Below are positions 9,770-19,547 of a stretch of DNA of 64,000 nucleotides, piece after piece; positions within the stretch are counted from its first letter, which is position 1, and every line of letters starts with the position of its first letter. Where the stretch lies: the NCBI GenBank assembly GCA_027487685.1, contig JAIYDC010000133.1, forward strand, positions 73,325-137,324, given 5' to 3'. The notes under the pieces were generated by a model that was not told the origin of the DNA, made no database searches, and worked only from the letters and a program-made list of their open reading frames with translations. Source of the DNA: Pseudomonadota bacterium (GTDB lineage: Bacteria > Bdellovibrionota > Bacteriovoracia > Bacteriovoracales > Bacteriovoracaceae). Both the position numbers and the translations under genes were made by a program.

Positions 9770-10717
9770 ATGAGAGCTTTTTTTTACAAGATAAAAAGAA
9801 TTTTGCTTAAAGCACGATCAGTGGGACTAGGTGGTTACCTGATAAAGCTCTTTTGCATTGCATTCGATATCCCCAATTTTTCAAAGCACCTTTATTTTTA
9901 TTACCGGATCCTTAAAAATCCCTACTCTCATATTAAGCGAATTTTGATTTCAAGAAAATTCATGGTTCACAATGCTCCGGTGATCTCGAAAACTGAGGGA
10001 TATGTTTTCCCTGATCCCGATGCATACCCCGGGATACAGAACGTTGTAGAAATATGCCAGAGGCTATATCGGGAAAAGCTTGAAAATATTAATTCTTTGC
10101 AAAGAAGCGCAGACAGAAAAGAGTTTTTTTATAACATTCTAACGGAACAGGATATTATAGAGAACCCTGAATTAATGGAGTTTGCCCTTAGCGATAAAGT
10201 ACTAAACAGCCTCATGTCTTATTATGGCTACGTCCCTAAGCTCTGCAGCCTAGGTCTTTTTGTTTCACCTCCAAATACATCAACCAAGCGTAGCCAGATG
10301 TGGCACTATGACGGTACGGATCTTCACCACGTAAAATGTTTTATTAATGTTTTTGATGTAGGAGAAGATGATGGACCGTTCTCTTTTATTCCCGCTGATC
10401 GTAGTCTTGAACTAGAAAAAGTCACCTCCCGTAGATGGAAGGTCCCCGATATAACAGAAGAGAATGAGTTGAAAGATGTTATCCAGCTTGTTAGTCCACC
10501 CGGTGGCCTAGCATTTACTGATACTTCAAGGTGTCTACATTATGGAAGCCGAGTCCGGGGTGACCGTCCAAGAGTAGTATTTCAATTCCATTACGCTGTC
10601 CATGCAGACTATACAAATCTTACTGCTGACCCTAGTAGGGATTTGAGGATCATACATTATCCTAAATTAAGACAAATCTTTAGCAAAGATAGCCTTCGAG
10701 AAGAAGTCCTCAGGTAG
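9770..10717 (+). CDS. Fe(II)/2-oxoglutarate dioxygenase-like protein (PhyH-like)
   Basis: SQMWHYDG (HxD), GPFSFIP, DTSRCLHYGSR (distal His), R..FQFHY. Confidence 0.65.
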   Translation: MRAFFYKIKRILLKARSVGLGGYLIKLFCIAFDIPNFSKHLYFYYRILKNPYSHIKRILISRKFMVHNAPVISKTEGYVFPDPDAYPGIQNVVEICQRLYREKLENINSLQRSADRKEFFYNILTEQDIIENPELMEFALSDKVLNSLMSYYGYVPKLCSLGLFVSPPNTSTKRSQMWHYDGTDLHHVKCFINVFDVGEDDGPFSFIPADRSLELEKVTSRRWKVPDITEENELKDVIQLVSPPGGLAFTDTSRCLHYGSRVRGDRPRVVFQFHYAVHADYTNLTADPSRDLRIIHYPKLRQIFSKDSLREEVLR

Positions 10718-10721
10718 TTCA

Positions 10722-12422
10722 TTACTTTGTGGTCATGTCATATACTTGGTCTGCAATTTTAATCGCATTAGATCTATGAGCAATTATAAGGATGGTTTTC
10801 TTACCTTTGAGAGATTGAATAGTGGAATTAATCATTGCCTCACACTCGTTATCAAGAGCACTCGTTGCCTCATCAAAAATGATAATTTCAGGATCAGTTA
10901 TAAGCGCCCGCGCAATCGCGATCCTTTGCCTTTGGCCTCCGGAAAGCTTAATCCCCCTGTCTCCGACCACTGTTTGATATTGCTCTGGAAGTTTTTCAAT
11001 AAACGAATCCGCTTGGGCAATTCTAGCAGCATACTTCACTTCCTCGAGAGTTGCATTCGGTTTACCCATGGCAATGTTAGCAAACAGAGATGTATTAAAA
11101 ATGAAGATATCCTGACTTACAAAGCCGATTTTGGACCGCCAAGAAATTAAGTTAAAAGTAGAAAGGCTCTTACCATTAACCAAGATATCACCTCGAGTAG
11201 GGTTCTGTAGCCTCATAAGTAAATCTACTAAGGTCGATTTACCAGACCCAGACGGACCGACTAACGCTGTTATCTTTTTTAAAGGAATTGTAAAATTAAA
11301 CTGCTGCAGGATTGGAAGATTACTTGAGTAAGAGAAAAAGACATCCTTGAAAAATATATCATCGTTTAAACCAAGAAATGATTCGCCTTTATTTAAATCC
11401 TCGGTTGGCATCTCATTATGAAAACAGATCTCGTTCACTAACTTAAATGAAGGGTAGGATGAAGACAGTCTCATCTTAAGATGGATTATTATAGAAAATG
11501 AGCCTGAAATTTTCTGAAGAACAAAAACATAAACAGCGATCAGGGGAATTATTTTAGAGAGATCATTTTCCTTCATCTTTAATAGTATTATTACTATCGC
11601 AACAAACATACTTCCCACAACTTCCATAAAGGAAGTTGGTAGCTTCTCCATCACCGCGTTTTTAACATTTAATCTTTCTGCTTCCTTTATGACGTCAGTG
11701 AACTTCATACGCTGGGTGTTTTCATAACCAAACAGCTTGATCTGTCGTATTCCTGCAATTGACTCTGCTGCAATACCCATCGACTGCTGGCTAAGCTTTA
11801 ACAGTTTCCGGCCAAACTGTTGAGAGTAATTTTTTATAAGGGTATTACTTACTAACAGAATTATTGCTCCACCTAAAAAGAGACCGATGGTCATACCGGG
11901 GGATGTTCTGTGCAGTATGAGCAATAGGAATATAGAAAGAAGTAGGCGGCTGATTAATTCAATACCAGACTTTATAAACTTAATTGCACTCGACGTTTGA
12001 GTGAACAGATGATCAAGGAGCACTCCTTGCCTAGTACTAGTAAGTGCGCTGAAAGTTGCATTTAAATAAGTCTCCATTAAATGGATTTTCCAGCGATTAA
12101 CAATAGAACTTGAAAACCATGTTGCAAGATTTATATGAATAAGCTCAAAGATTTCTTTAACGATTATGAGAACGACAACTACAATCAGACCGGAATGCAG
12201 CGGTTCAATTTCTGAAAAAATATAAAGGATCGGCTCAAAACTTTTAAAAGGCCCATGAGCTGACTGGTTGATCATCAGCTCCAATAGAGGAACAAAGATG
12301 ACAATACTGATGCTTTCTAAAATGGTGGAAACCAAGATGGTAAAGAAAAGTAACAAAGACCAAACTTTGTATTGCCCAAGAGCATTCCAAATATACTTGA
12401 TCTCAGAAATAAATTTGTTCAT
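10722..12422 (-). CDS. ABC transporter, fused permease/ATPase (MsbA/PglK-like glycan exporter)
   Basis: N-terminal TM domain; GPSGSGKST, LSGGQRQRIAIARAL, IIIFDEATSALD, IIAHR. Confidence 0.9.
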   Translation of the reverse strand: MNKFISEIKYIWNALGQYKVWSLLLFFTILVSTILESISIVIFVPLLELMINQSAHGPFKSFEPILYIFSEIEPLHSGLIVVVVLIIVKEIFELIHINLATWFSSSIVNRWKIHLMETYLNATFSALTSTRQGVLLDHLFTQTSSAIKFIKSGIELISRLLLSIFLLLILHRTSPGMTIGLFLGGAIILLVSNTLIKNYSQQFGRKLLKLSQQSMGIAAESIAGIRQIKLFGYENTQRMKFTDVIKEAERLNVKNAVMEKLPTSFMEVVGSMFVAIVIILLKMKENDLSKIIPLIAVYVFVLQKISGSFSIIIHLKMRLSSSYPSFKLVNEICFHNEMPTEDLNKGESFLGLNDDIFFKDVFFSYSSNLPILQQFNFTIPLKKITALVGPSGSGKSTLVDLLMRLQNPTRGDILVNGKSLSTFNLISWRSKIGFVSQDIFIFNTSLFANIAMGKPNATLEEVKYAARIAQADSFIEKLPEQYQTVVGDRGIKLSGGQRQRIAIARALITDPEIIIFDEATSALDNECEAMINSTIQSLKGKKTILIIAHRSNAIKIADQVYDMTTK

Positions 12423-12475
12423 GATTTTAACCCCCCATCGGAAGATGGAGGAGTTTTTGTTTTGCAGATTTCAAA

Positions 12476-13174
12476 TTAATCGAGCTTTTGAACACCGATC
12501 TTGTCAACGAATCCAGCACGAATTAAGCGAAACTTTTTGTCAGCGAGAAAAGCATCTATCGCAGGCTTAGCTTCTGGCCATTTCGCTAAGTCTCTTGGAG
12601 CATCGTATTCATCAAACAGAATCACGCCTCCAGTTGAAACGTGTTTATACAGAGCATTTAAGCACTCGGTGTACGATTTACCTAAGTCTACATCAATATG
12701 CAGTAATGCAATTGGACCGCCATTGAAATTCTTAAGGCTATTCTCAAAATAACCAATTTCAAAACTGAGCTCATCCTGTATATTTTTTTCGCTAAACCCA
12801 GCGAGCTTAAAAGCTTCTTTCACATAAGTTGTTGCCTCAACAACAGACTTAGTTGGCTTGCCTGGCATTTTCACTCCACCAGCTTCTGCATCTGCAGGGA
12901 AGCCCTGAAAAGAATCGGCCGCTATAAACTTTCTTCCAGGAGTTATAACCTTGCTTAAGGCAGCTAGAGTGGCAAGAGATTCACCACCTCGCACTCCGGC
13001 TTCCATTATTGCTCCAGGTACGTTTTCGATTAACTTTAAAAAATAAGCGAAATGAGCTGATCGGGGTATAACATAGGACCTAATTGATTTTTCCCATTTT
13101 AGTTTTTCGTCTTTCCGATTTAAGTGCAATTGTTTTGAAAACAAGCTATTTGCTACAATGTTCGCCAGATTCAT
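12476..13174 (-). CDS. TylF/MycF/NovP-family O-methyltransferase
   Basis: VPGAIMEAGVRGGES, ADSFQGFP, GYFENSL, LHIDVD, GGVILFDEY. Confidence 0.85.
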   Translation of the reverse strand: MNLANIVANSLFSKQLHLNRKDEKLKWEKSIRSYVIPRSAHFAYFLKLIENVPGAIMEAGVRGGESLATLAALSKVITPGRKFIAADSFQGFPADAEAGGVKMPGKPTKSVVEATTYVKEAFKLAGFSEKNIQDELSFEIGYFENSLKNFNGGPIALLHIDVDLGKSYTECLNALYKHVSTGGVILFDEYDAPRDLAKWPEAKPAIDAFLADKKFRLIRAGFVDKIGVQKLD

Positions 13175-13309
13175 AAGACCTCTCTTTAAGTGACTAAATC
13201 AGCCGTAAATTAACATTAATTTTTTACTTATTGCTTAGAAACTTTATGCAATTTACAAAATTATTATCAAAATGTATTGTTTTGCAAATTTTACTATAAG
13301 GACAAAGAT

Positions 13310-14401
13310 ATGCTGAAAGTGAAGATCATTGGTGCCGGATCTATCGGTAACCACATGGCTAATGCTGCTTCTACTCTAGGATGGGGTGTATGTATTTGTG
13401 ATATAGACCCCAAGGCACTCGATCGAACCAAAAGCGGAATCTACCCGTCGCGTTATGGCGCTTGGAATGACTCCATTAAATTGTATGAAAGCAAAGAGGC
13501 CCCAGTGGGTGGGTTTGATTTAATCATCATTGGGACTCCTCCAGACAGCCACTTCCCGATAGCTTTAGATATCCTCAAACAGGAAACTCCCAAAGCATTC
13601 CTTATCGAAAAGCCTTTGTGTAAGCCAGATTTAGAGAATGCAGACACACTTTACGAAATGGCCAAGAATAAAGGCGTAAAAATATTCACTGGCTATGACC
13701 ACGTCCTCGGTTTTGCAGCTAGCAAAGTCGCCGAACTCATTAATGCCAATAAGTTTGGTAAGCCAGAAACCATAGATGTTGAGTTTAGAGAACATTGGGG
13801 TGGAATTTTTAATGCTCACCCTTGGTTGAACGGTCCTGCGGATTCTTATCTAGGCTATTGGAAGAAAGGCGGAGGGGCTCTTGGTGAGCATTCACATGCT
13901 TTAAACCTCTGGCAGTATTTTTCTGACCTAACGAGTTGTGGCAAAGTAATCGAAGTTAACGCTAACTTAGAATACGTTAATGACGGCATCGTTGATTACG
14001 ACAAATTGTCCTTACTTAACCTAAGAACAGAAAATGGCATACAAGGCCGTGTCGTTCAGGATGTGGTTACGAAACCGACCCGAAAATGGGCAAGAATTCA
14101 ATGGGAGAAGTCTTTTATTGAATGGCACGCTGGATTCAAACCGGGTGTGGATGCAGTTATTTTTGAAAATAATGGTGAGATTCAAACTTTTGAGTTTCCT
14201 AAAACACGGCCTCAGGATTTTATATTAGAGCTTGAGCATATTCAAAAGGTTATGGCGACATCCACAACATCACCGATTTCGTTTGAGAAGGGCTTAGAGA
14301 CAATGCTCGTCATTTCTGGAGCTCACAAATCGAATCAATTGAAAAGATCCATAAACATTAACTATTCCAAAGGTTGGAATGCAACGGCTCTCAACAGCTA
14401 A
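13310..14401 (+). CDS. Gfo/Idh/MocA NAD(P) oxidoreductase
   Basis: IIGAGSIGNHMA, IGTPPDSH, LIEKPL, GGALGEHSHA. Start trimmed to ATG 13310 (AAGGA SD). Confidence 0.85.
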   Translation: MLKVKIIGAGSIGNHMANAASTLGWGVCICDIDPKALDRTKSGIYPSRYGAWNDSIKLYESKEAPVGGFDLIIIGTPPDSHFPIALDILKQETPKAFLIEKPLCKPDLENADTLYEMAKNKGVKIFTGYDHVLGFAASKVAELINANKFGKPETIDVEFREHWGGIFNAHPWLNGPADSYLGYWKKGGGALGEHSHALNLWQYFSDLTSCGKVIEVNANLEYVNDGIVDYDKLSLLNLRTENGIQGRVVQDVVTKPTRKWARIQWEKSFIEWHAGFKPGVDAVIFENNGEIQTFEFPKTRPQDFILELEHIQKVMATSTTSPISFEKGLETMLVISGAHKSNQLKRSININYSKGWNATALNS

Positions 14402-14410
14402 TAGGATAAT

Positions 14411-15985
14411 ATGAGTAAGTTTAATTTCGAAAATTTATTTGTTCTCGATATGGCAAACAATCACTCGGGCTCTATCAAGCACGGATTAGAAATTATTGAG
14501 AAGCACGGTGCTATTGCTAATAAACAAGGTATTAAAGCTGGAATAAAGTTTCAATTTCGCCAACTTGATACATTCATCCATCCTTTTCATAAAAAAGCAG
14601 ATCACAAACTCATTACAAGATTAAACTCCACTCGTCTGGAGATGCAAGACTTCGAAATCTTTATGAAAAAGATTAGGGAGATGGGATTGATTTCTATTTG
14701 TACTCCCTTCGATGAGGGTTCAGTTAAAGTCATAGAGGACATGGGGATAGATATCATTAAAGTCGCTAGCTGTTCTGCAAAAGACTGGCCGTTAATCGAG
14801 CGTATTTCTGAGTCAGGGAAGCCAGTGATTTATTCAACAGGTGGACTCACGACTTCAGAAATTGATAGTATCGTAAGTTTTAACCACCATCATGGGGTAG
14901 ACTTCGCCATCATGCACTGTGTCTCCATTTACCCAACACCAAGCAATCTGTGCCAATTGAACCAGGTAGAAGCCTTAAAGAAAAGATATCCTCAGGTGAC
15001 CATTGGTTGGTCAACACATGAGGATCCTAAAGATACGGATCCGGTAAAAGTAGCTTACGCCCGTGGTGCTCGGATGTTTGAAAGACACATCGGAGTGGCA
15101 ACCAATGAAATTAAACTTAATACCTACTCCTCGACTCCAGAAGAGTTAGAGAAGTGGATAGAAGCATATAAAAAATCCGTTGTTTTATGTGGAACAGAAG
15201 GTCCAAGACCGGCCAGCCCAGCCGAAGAACGAAATGACCTTATTAACCTTCAAAGAGGTGTATTTGCGAAGAGAAATATTGAAAAAGGTGAAGTCATTAA
15301 AGCCGAAGACATCTTTTTTGCAATTCCTTATAACCCAGAGCTCGTAAGCTCAGGCGAGTTTAAGCCAGGGACAATAGCTCTTCAACTCATCGAAGAGATG
15401 TCTCCACTTACAAAGCAAAACGTTCAGCTTCCAGAGTCATCAAAAGCGTTGGTAATTCAACACGCCCTCCATGAGGTAAAGGCTATGTTGAATGAAGCTA
15501 GAATCCCGCTAAACTTCAATTTTAAAGTTGAATATTCACACCATTACGGCGTCGAAAATTTCTATAAGACAGGTGCAGTTCTCATAGACCTTGTTAATCG
15601 CTCATATTGCAAAAAAATAATTGTACAACTACCTGGGCAAAGCCACCCATCCCACTTCCACAGAAGAAAAGAAGAAACGTTCTATGTCCTTCATGGGATT
15701 ATGCACCTGGAAGTAGATGGACATAAGAGAACTCTTTACCCTGGAGAAACAATCCTCGTTCAACCAGGTGTATGGCATAGTTTCTCAACAGAGACCGGAT
15801 GTATTTTCGAAGAGCTTTCAACAACTCATTACAACGATGATTCGTTTTACAAAGATAAGAAAATCAATAAAATGGCAAGAAGCGATAGGAAAACAGTCGT
15901 TGACCACTGGGGCCGCTTCCAGTTATCAGACGTGGTTGCCAATCCAAAAACTGAGACTGCTGTAAGCGAAGATGTACAAGGATAA
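14411..15985 (+). CDS. NeuB-family ulosonate synthase with SAF region and C-terminal cupin domain
   Basis: VLDMANNHSG, IKFQFR, CTPFDE, KVASCS, MHCVSIYPT, GWSTHE, FERH; C-terminal HPSHFHRRKEETFYVLHG...PGVWHSF cupin. Confidence 0.85.
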   Translation: MSKFNFENLFVLDMANNHSGSIKHGLEIIEKHGAIANKQGIKAGIKFQFRQLDTFIHPFHKKADHKLITRLNSTRLEMQDFEIFMKKIREMGLISICTPFDEGSVKVIEDMGIDIIKVASCSAKDWPLIERISESGKPVIYSTGGLTTSEIDSIVSFNHHHGVDFAIMHCVSIYPTPSNLCQLNQVEALKKRYPQVTIGWSTHEDPKDTDPVKVAYARGARMFERHIGVATNEIKLNTYSSTPEELEKWIEAYKKSVVLCGTEGPRPASPAEERNDLINLQRGVFAKRNIEKGEVIKAEDIFFAIPYNPELVSSGEFKPGTIALQLIEEMSPLTKQNVQLPESSKALVIQHALHEVKAMLNEARIPLNFNFKVEYSHHYGVENFYKTGAVLIDLVNRSYCKKIIVQLPGQSHPSHFHRRKEETFYVLHGIMHLEVDGHKRTLYPGETILVQPGVWHSFSTETGCIFEELSTTHYNDDSFYKDKKINKMARSDRKTVVDHWGRFQLSDVVANPKTETAVSEDVQG

Positions 15986-16673
15986 GAAAGTTCTTGCTGT
16001 TGTCCCTGCTCGGGGCGGCAGCAAGGGTGTCCCTCTTAAAAATATCTACCCACTAGGAGGAAGACCACTCATTGAATGGGTAGGGGATATTATAAGAGAG
16101 GTTCCATTTATAGACCGTGCTATTGTTTCTACGGATTCAAAGCTGATCGCGGATGCTGCACAGAAAGCAGGACTAGAATTTCCTTTCTTTAGACCTGAAA
16201 GCTTATCCGGAGACCGTATTGCGGATTGGGATGTTCTGGCTCATTGCTTAATAGATTTTGAATCACTAACAAAGACTGAATATGACATTATAGTCATGCT
16301 ACAGCCTACCTGCCCCCTAAGAAAGCCAAGCCACGTCATCGATTCAATCGTAAAAGTGGTAGATGAAGAGAGGGATGCCGTATGGACCATGTCTGAGACA
16401 GATTCAAAAGGACATCCGCTGAAGCAATTTGAATTAGAAAACGGGAATCTTAAGTACTACGATGAGAATGGGAAAAAAATCATCGCCCGCCAGCAACTAA
16501 CGCCAGTATATCATCGAAATGGCGCATGTTATGCCATAACAAGACAGTGCCTGCTTGAAAAGAAAAGTATCTTTGGAGATAACCCCGGATACGTCATCAC
16601 AGAAGATTTAATCAGTATCGATACGCTAAGAGATTTTGCTTTAACAGAGTGGCAACTAAAGAACGGTCTATAA
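15972..16673 (+). CDS. NeuA-family CMP-ulosonate synthetase
   Basis: VVPARGGSKGVPLKNI, VSTDS, LQPTCPLR, RQQL...RNGACY, SIDT. Confidence 0.9.
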   Translation: MYKDKKVLAVVPARGGSKGVPLKNIYPLGGRPLIEWVGDIIREVPFIDRAIVSTDSKLIADAAQKAGLEFPFFRPESLSGDRIADWDVLAHCLIDFESLTKTEYDIIVMLQPTCPLRKPSHVIDSIVKVVDEERDAVWTMSETDSKGHPLKQFELENGNLKYYDENGKKIIARQQLTPVYHRNGACYAITRQCLLEKKSIFGDNPGYVITEDLISIDTLRDFALTEWQLKNGL

Positions 16674-17567
16674 ATGAGTAAGATGAAATGCAAAATCTGT
16701 GGCTCCAATGATCAAGAAGTTATCTATAGAGGTAAAATAAGAGACGGGAAATTTGGTCATTTCGCCAAAGACGACTCAACCATAATTCGATGCTCCCTAT
16801 GCTTAGGGGCTTTCCTAAAAGAAGCTATAGCAAGCCCAGAGGAATTTTACGGATCTGATCAATATCGAAAAGATGTAGATGGAGACAATCTAGTTTCAGG
16901 CTATCACCGGAATCATGACTCTGAACAAATGAGACATATTCACTTTACCTCCACAGCAAACTTCCGAAACAAGATAATTGCAGATGTAGGTTGTGGGGCC
17001 GGTTCTTTTCTTGATCTCGCATCTGGCATGGCAAAAGAAACAATTGCGATTGAACCTAATAAGGAATTTCAAAAGCAACTTAGGGCCAGAGGGTACAAGA
17101 CTTTTGATTTTGCAACAGATGCCATTGCAACTTATAAAGAAAGGATCGATCAAATTCACTGCTTTAGTGTGATTGAACACATTAATGACCCTCTCAATTT
17201 TTTAAAAGACTTAGGTGAGCTTCTAAGCAAAGACGGTCAACTAATAATCTCCACTCCGAATACACAGGATCTACTTTTAGAATTACTACCCGAAATTTAT
17301 CCAAGCTTTTATTACAGAAAAGTTCACTCTTGGTATTTCGATAAAGTCAGTTTTAAAAACTTGCTCCATAGAGCAGGGTTTACAAAAGTTGAAGTCTTAC
17401 CTTTTCAAAGGTTTGGACTTAGTAATTTCATAGAATGGATAAGACAAGGCAAACCAACAGGGAATACAGCTCATAATTTCATCTCTCCTACTATGGATTC
17501 CGTTTGGAGAAGTGAATTAGAGAACTCGTTTCGTTGCGATTACTTATTTGCCAGGGCAAGTAAGTGA
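16674..17567 (+). CDS. Class I SAM-dependent methyltransferase with N-terminal Cys motifs
   Basis: CKICGS...CSLC, ADVGCGAGSFL, FSVIEHINDP, LIISTPN. Confidence 0.85.
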   Translation: MSKMKCKICGSNDQEVIYRGKIRDGKFGHFAKDDSTIIRCSLCLGAFLKEAIASPEEFYGSDQYRKDVDGDNLVSGYHRNHDSEQMRHIHFTSTANFRNKIIADVGCGAGSFLDLASGMAKETIAIEPNKEFQKQLRARGYKTFDFATDAIATYKERIDQIHCFSVIEHINDPLNFLKDLGELLSKDGQLIISTPNTQDLLLELLPEIYPSFYYRKVHSWYFDKVSFKNLLHRAGFTKVEVLPFQRFGLSNFIEWIRQGKPTGNTAHNFISPTMDSVWRSELENSFRCDYLFARASK

Positions 17568-19000
17568 AACTAATCCTCAAAAGAGTTCTTGGTTTTCTAG
17601 GCTTAAAAAGACTGATCGCGCGATTTATTGAAAACATAAGTTTCTTCTTGCTCACGCACAGTAAAAGCTATCTATCTCATAAGCTCAACGTAGATATTGA
17701 GCAATTTAATAAAAAAACGTTAACGCGCGACAAATCAAAATATCGTATTTTCACTATCTGGGAGACCGATGAAAAGTATCGTTGGCTAGACTATGAAAAC
17801 AGATACGATGACATGGAATTCTACCATGTCCCACGAACCATCACTCAAATCGTATTCAAGAAATACTTAAACGAATATGTTCAGACCAAATCGCGTAACA
17901 CCATAGTAGAATTCTACAAGCAGAGACACCAGAAGGGCAGAGAATCTTACTATCAATTCTGCTTAAACCTGGCCTGGATTTTTAAGAATGTTTACAAGAC
18001 GGACCTCTTCATACTCCCAAAACTCCACGACGACTGGATCATCGAATTTATTAGTGCTCTCAAAACACAAGGGATACCTATTTTGGTTAATGAAAGAGAG
18101 TCTGTAAATACTCCCAAGCGAATGGAGACAGCACCTCAATATTTCAGAGACTATGTTAAGTCCGAAGTCGATTCTCTCTGTTGTTGTAACCAAACTCATT
18201 TTGAATTTTGGAAGCTGGCCGGTCACCCAGTGGATAAGATGTGTATCCTAGGTGATATAAAAAGTGACTATTGGTCTCATCCAGAAAGATGGCAAAGCTT
18301 GAGGCAAGTACACCCAAACCTGAGAGAAGACCGCGTAAAGCTCCTTTTTTTTGCTTTTGGAAAAAAAACTTATCTGAACTATTATTACGATGAAATTGAC
18401 AAAGACATTGAGTGGACAGAACTAAATCGAGATTTTCATGATGTTATCAAATCTGTCTTAAAGAAATATAAAGGGAAAGTTCAGGTTATTTATAAAACGG
18501 GGGCGAAGCTTCAGCGTGACCTTTTCGATGGGTTTGACGACTTCGAAAAGGAGATTAAAGAAGCTTATTCCCTTGATGACTTTATTTATCTAGACTCCAA
18601 CTACAGTTCCTTAGATTTAATCAGAAACTCTTCAATCGTTATGGGTTTTCAGACGACTGCGATAATCGAAGGACTATTCACCGATAAGCCCGTTGTTACA
18701 GGGGGATGGGGAAAGTACTTTGACCTCACTAAGGACACCCTTCTCCCCTTTCATAAATGCAATTTCATAACTTTTGCCACCTCAAAAGAAGATTTGTTAA
18801 ATAAGCTTTCTGTTCATATGGAACAGAAAGATTTCCTCTTATCAGATGATCAAAAATTCTCTCGCAAGAACTACCGTGAGGAGTTCTTTTTCAACCCTGA
18901 TGGAAAGCGAACCCAAGCGTTTATCGAAAAAGGCAGAGAGCTTATTCTGACCTCATCACCTCGACGAGCTACGATCTCAACCGATACCCCGATAACTTAA
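17564..19000 (+). CDS. Uncharacterised GT-B-like protein, possible ulosonate transferase
   Basis: C-terminal DLIRNSSIVMGFQTTAIIEGLFTDKPVV resembles GT-B capsule-synthesis enzyme ends; last gene of the NeuB/NeuA operon. Function inferred from context. Confidence 0.45.
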   Translation: MKLILKRVLGFLGLKRLIARFIENISFFLLTHSKSYLSHKLNVDIEQFNKKTLTRDKSKYRIFTIWETDEKYRWLDYENRYDDMEFYHVPRTITQIVFKKYLNEYVQTKSRNTIVEFYKQRHQKGRESYYQFCLNLAWIFKNVYKTDLFILPKLHDDWIIEFISALKTQGIPILVNERESVNTPKRMETAPQYFRDYVKSEVDSLCCCNQTHFEFWKLAGHPVDKMCILGDIKSDYWSHPERWQSLRQVHPNLREDRVKLLFFAFGKKTYLNYYYDEIDKDIEWTELNRDFHDVIKSVLKKYKGKVQVIYKTGAKLQRDLFDGFDDFEKEIKEAYSLDDFIYLDSNYSSLDLIRNSSIVMGFQTTAIIEGLFTDKPVVTGGWGKYFDLTKDTLLPFHKCNFITFATSKEDLLNKLSVHMEQKDFLLSDDQKFSRKNYREEFFFNPDGKRTQAFIEKGRELILTSSPRRATISTDTPIT

Positions 19001-19002
19001 TC

Positions 19003-19022
19003 GGATGGCGATTCCGCCATCC
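19003..19022 (+). terminator. Hairpin GGATGGCG-ATTC-CGCCATCC just after the glycan operon
   Basis: 8-bp stem 2 nt after stop; U-tract not immediately adjacent. Confidence 0.5.
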
Positions 19023-19509
19023 ATCTTGGAACTACAATTTAAGTTTTTTTCCCTTTAGCCGTTAGCATCGCCTCGCATGCAAGCTCTACATGAGTAATAG
19101 TCCCCAAGTTTCATGCGGCTTCAGGATGCTGTACCCAACACGCCACTTGATTATTCTCTATATGCTGGATTTGCTCCATAGGAGTATCGGCCCAACTACG
19201 AGCTACTACATTGACTCTCAGGTGTGCGAGGAGTAGCGCTGTGGAGCGGACTAACATCTACGTTGCTAGAGTTCCAACGTATAAAACACAGACTCCTTTG
19301 ATTGGCCGGTCGATCGCGAGTCCACCAGTCAACAAGATTGAGCTATCGGGTGAGATCTTTCTTTGCAAGGAGCTGAGAAGGTGTATCTTACTTCCTGGAA
19401 CGGACATATAAGGGAACTCCCCTCTTCGTAGATCGATCCTGGAGCCGAAATTGCCAAGGATAACGGGAAGAATAAAAACTTCTACCTTCTTTGACGGATC
19501 TTCGAAATA

Positions 19510-19531
19510 AGGGCGACTTCGAAGTCGCCCT
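19510..19531 (-). terminator. Perfect 22-bp palindrome AGGGCGACTTCGAAGTCGCCCT, likely SDR terminator
   Basis: 16 nt past SDR stop; followed by TATTT on the minus strand. Confidence 0.6.
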
Positions 19532-19547
19532 CTCCTAAATCTTAAAT

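Noticed and set aside
10720-13312. Possible inversion of ABC + TylF genes via ACAAAG-NN-ATG (9/11) inverted match
   Set aside because: Too short and degenerate for AT-rich DNA; a divergent promoter region explains the orientation.
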